Notes under the pieces: generated by a model
Told to the model about the DNA's origin: nothing
Seen by the model: only the letters and a program-made list of their open reading frames with translations
The model's database searches: none
Shown: one piece after another, positions 61,943 to 64,000 of the stretch
How the letters are laid out: every line of letters begins with the position of its first letter
Numbering within the stretch: the first letter of the stretch is position 1
Source: Calcarisporiella thermophila CBS 279.70
Taxonomy: Eukaryota; Fungi; Calcarisporiellomycota
Assembly: GCF_041956535.1 (NCBI RefSeq)
Contig: NW_027192215.1
Location: forward strand, 427,668-491,667
Reading direction: 5' to 3'
DNA length: 64,000 nucleotides
Translations under genes and position numbers: made by a program

Positions 61943-63738
61943 TTAATTTTCTGGAATATCTTTTTCTTGGGACATATTGTCGATGTTCTCCTTCACTTCT
62001 TCCACCTCTTCCTCTTCAGTAAACCAGAGCTGGGAATCACTTAACCTATTTAGAAGGCGCAAATTGGAGTAAATATACACCAAATTAAATACTCTTTGGT
62101 TTTTCATTCGATTCCTATTTCCATTGTGTACGAACCCGAATGTTGACCAGCTCCTTTCTGAAGCAGCTGATGAAGCAGGCAATGAGAGTACACTAATGGC
62201 TAGCTTTGCTAACTTTGGCGAGTGTTTCTCATGTGCTTTCCACCAAGCTATGGGATCTATATTTTTGGCAGCAGACCAGAGGTAACGGGAATGAAATGGT
62301 GCTGATTTCGTATTAAAGAGCAGCAAATCTGTGTATATTTCATCTGCCTCTTCTTCGGGATATCTTTCGGATAAAAATTGTTGTATCTCTTCTAACGATT
62401 TTTTTTTTTCATAAGTGAAGGCTGAATGGTTAGGATCGAGCACGTGAGCCACTGTCATCACTGGCTTTTTTATAAATTTGAACCGAGCAGCAATCTTTTC
62501 TGTCAAGTCTTTGCTCTGATCGCTTGGACCCATTACAGCCGTTTTCATTAATGAAAAGTAATGTTGGTTAACAAGTGAAAGGCGGGGCATGTCTCTCTTA
62601 AAATCTGCAATTACAGCCGTAATTGGGTTGATCAAACTCCTCAGCTCCTCCAGCTAATTCCACCAAGAAATTTGATGTAAACAATTCAATACTTCATTGC
62701 CTCTATTTGGATGAGCAGTGAGTTCCAAGGCTGCTATTTGGAGGGGAATGCGCGAAGCCAAAACGGATACCAAGCATTTTTAATAAGAGAGCTACCGCGT
62801 CTCAACCGGAAGCGCAAGCGCAATTTCATGTCCGAGCTTTTCTTTTGGATCCTCTTGAGAATAGCTTATGGAACTGAGTGATTTCGGAATCATTTTGCAA
62901 TTGTTTTCGCTTCGCCAATTGTGCTTGATGCCCATGAAAGGCTCGAAACATCCTTTAGCAGTAAGTTAGTAGCATGTGAAGCACAACCATAGCACACAAG
63001 ATTGCTAAACTCCTTCTCAAGTATACTCCAGGCTGCTTTCATATTTGCCGCATTATCAGTCACTACTGCCTTGACTTTTTCTACAACAATCCTGCTAATT
63101 ACTCTGGATATTTCACTTGCAACGTACTCTCCAGTATGCCGATTAGTGCCCGTAGATATAGCATCATAGAAAAAGAGTTTAGGTGTTGTTATCACAAAAT
63201 TCATTATAGATTCCCCTCTGATATTTGTCCATGAATTAGTTATAAGACATATATTCTCGCTAGTTTTCAGGCTGTGTCCAACTTTCTGTTTAACATCTTC
63301 ATATGTTTTGGATAAAAGCGGATTCGCAAGCCTATAGCGTGAGAAAGGAGTATAGTTAGGATTCAATTTCTTCATAAATCGGGTAAAGTAATTAGTTTCT
63401 ATAAAATTAAAGGATACACCTCCACTATAGAATGCTTTTGCGAGCAGATCGTCAAGCTCAGCAATATCGTTTTCATCAAATTCAGCTGCAACGTGTTTAC
63501 GCTTTCCTAACCCTGTGGCCTCACAATCTGAGTCTGACGACATTCCTGATATTACTATATCAGCATTTTCATCATCTTCGGGACTCTGACATTTTAATCG
63601 ATGGGTTTTGATACGATTCGCACCTGTCGCCCAAAATTTTTCTTTGCAATGAATACAACGAACAAAAGAGCTTTTGTGCTTGTGTTCAATTATCTCAACG
63701 GATTCCCAAAGAGAACTCTTATTACAACCCATTTTCAA
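61943..63738 (-). mobile_element. hAT transposase pseudogene (BED finger, DUF659-type core, hAT dimerisation domain)
   Basis: LWESV...VRCIHC...RIKTHRLKC; AVVTDNAANMKAAW; GCASHATNLLLKD; DPIAWW...LPASSAASERSWSTFGFVH; stop and frameshifts at 62640-62890; subterminal GACATATCC repeats near 63917. Confidence 0.92.
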
Positions 63739-64000
63739 CTAAATCTGACAGGAAAATATAAAAACCTTGCAATGGAACTTCTTTTTAAAAGATTACTCTA
63801 AATTTCAAGTGTAATGAATTTTCCCATATATGTAATTGATGGCTTATTCACAGCTTAGATCGAGGCTTATATGGGGCTTGGCTTGAAAAAATAAAATACA
63901 AAAAACACGGATTTCTGACATATCCGACATATCCGACAGATCGTCAGAAAAAAATAAAATATTAATTTACAACCATATTTACTAGGATTGTAAAAACACA

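Noticed and set aside
1-64000. CRISPR arrays, rRNA or prokaryotic operons
   Set aside because: None seen; the sequence is eukaryotic with spliceosomal introns

Overview
Eukaryotic, intron-containing, AT-rich DNA, most likely from an early-diverging fungus (inferred from gene families and intron style; the taxon cannot be fixed from sequence alone). The window contains three assembly gaps. Host genes: partial auxin-efflux-carrier-type transporter, pseudouridine glycosidase/kinase fusion, secreted L-amino-acid oxidase, two orphan 7TM proteins, a duplicated bZIP-like/DUF3425 regulator, GDSL phospholipase-B-like lipase, secreted tyrosinase, OPT transporter, epoxide hydrolase, a Crinkler (CRN) NTPase-nuclease-HhH protein, an NmrA-like protein and several small secreted Cys-rich proteins. 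These are interleaved with LINE, Gypsy, solo-LTR, Tc1 and hAT relics. The most striking structure is at 4.9-7.4 kb: two identical head-to-head tRNA-Cys(GCA) genes, each with a different 5'-truncated L1/Tx1-type LINE about 63-90 bp upstream and with its 5' end facing the tRNA. This suggests a tRNA-gene-targeted non-LTR retrotransposon (Dictyostelium TRE5-like behaviour) in a fungus. It is followed by a stack of solo LTRs sharing target-site duplications ahead of a third tRNA-Cys. Second-best candidates are a trio of putative KP6-like secreted peptides at 53.7-57 kb and a 48-aa secreted 4-Cys peptide missed by the ORF track.
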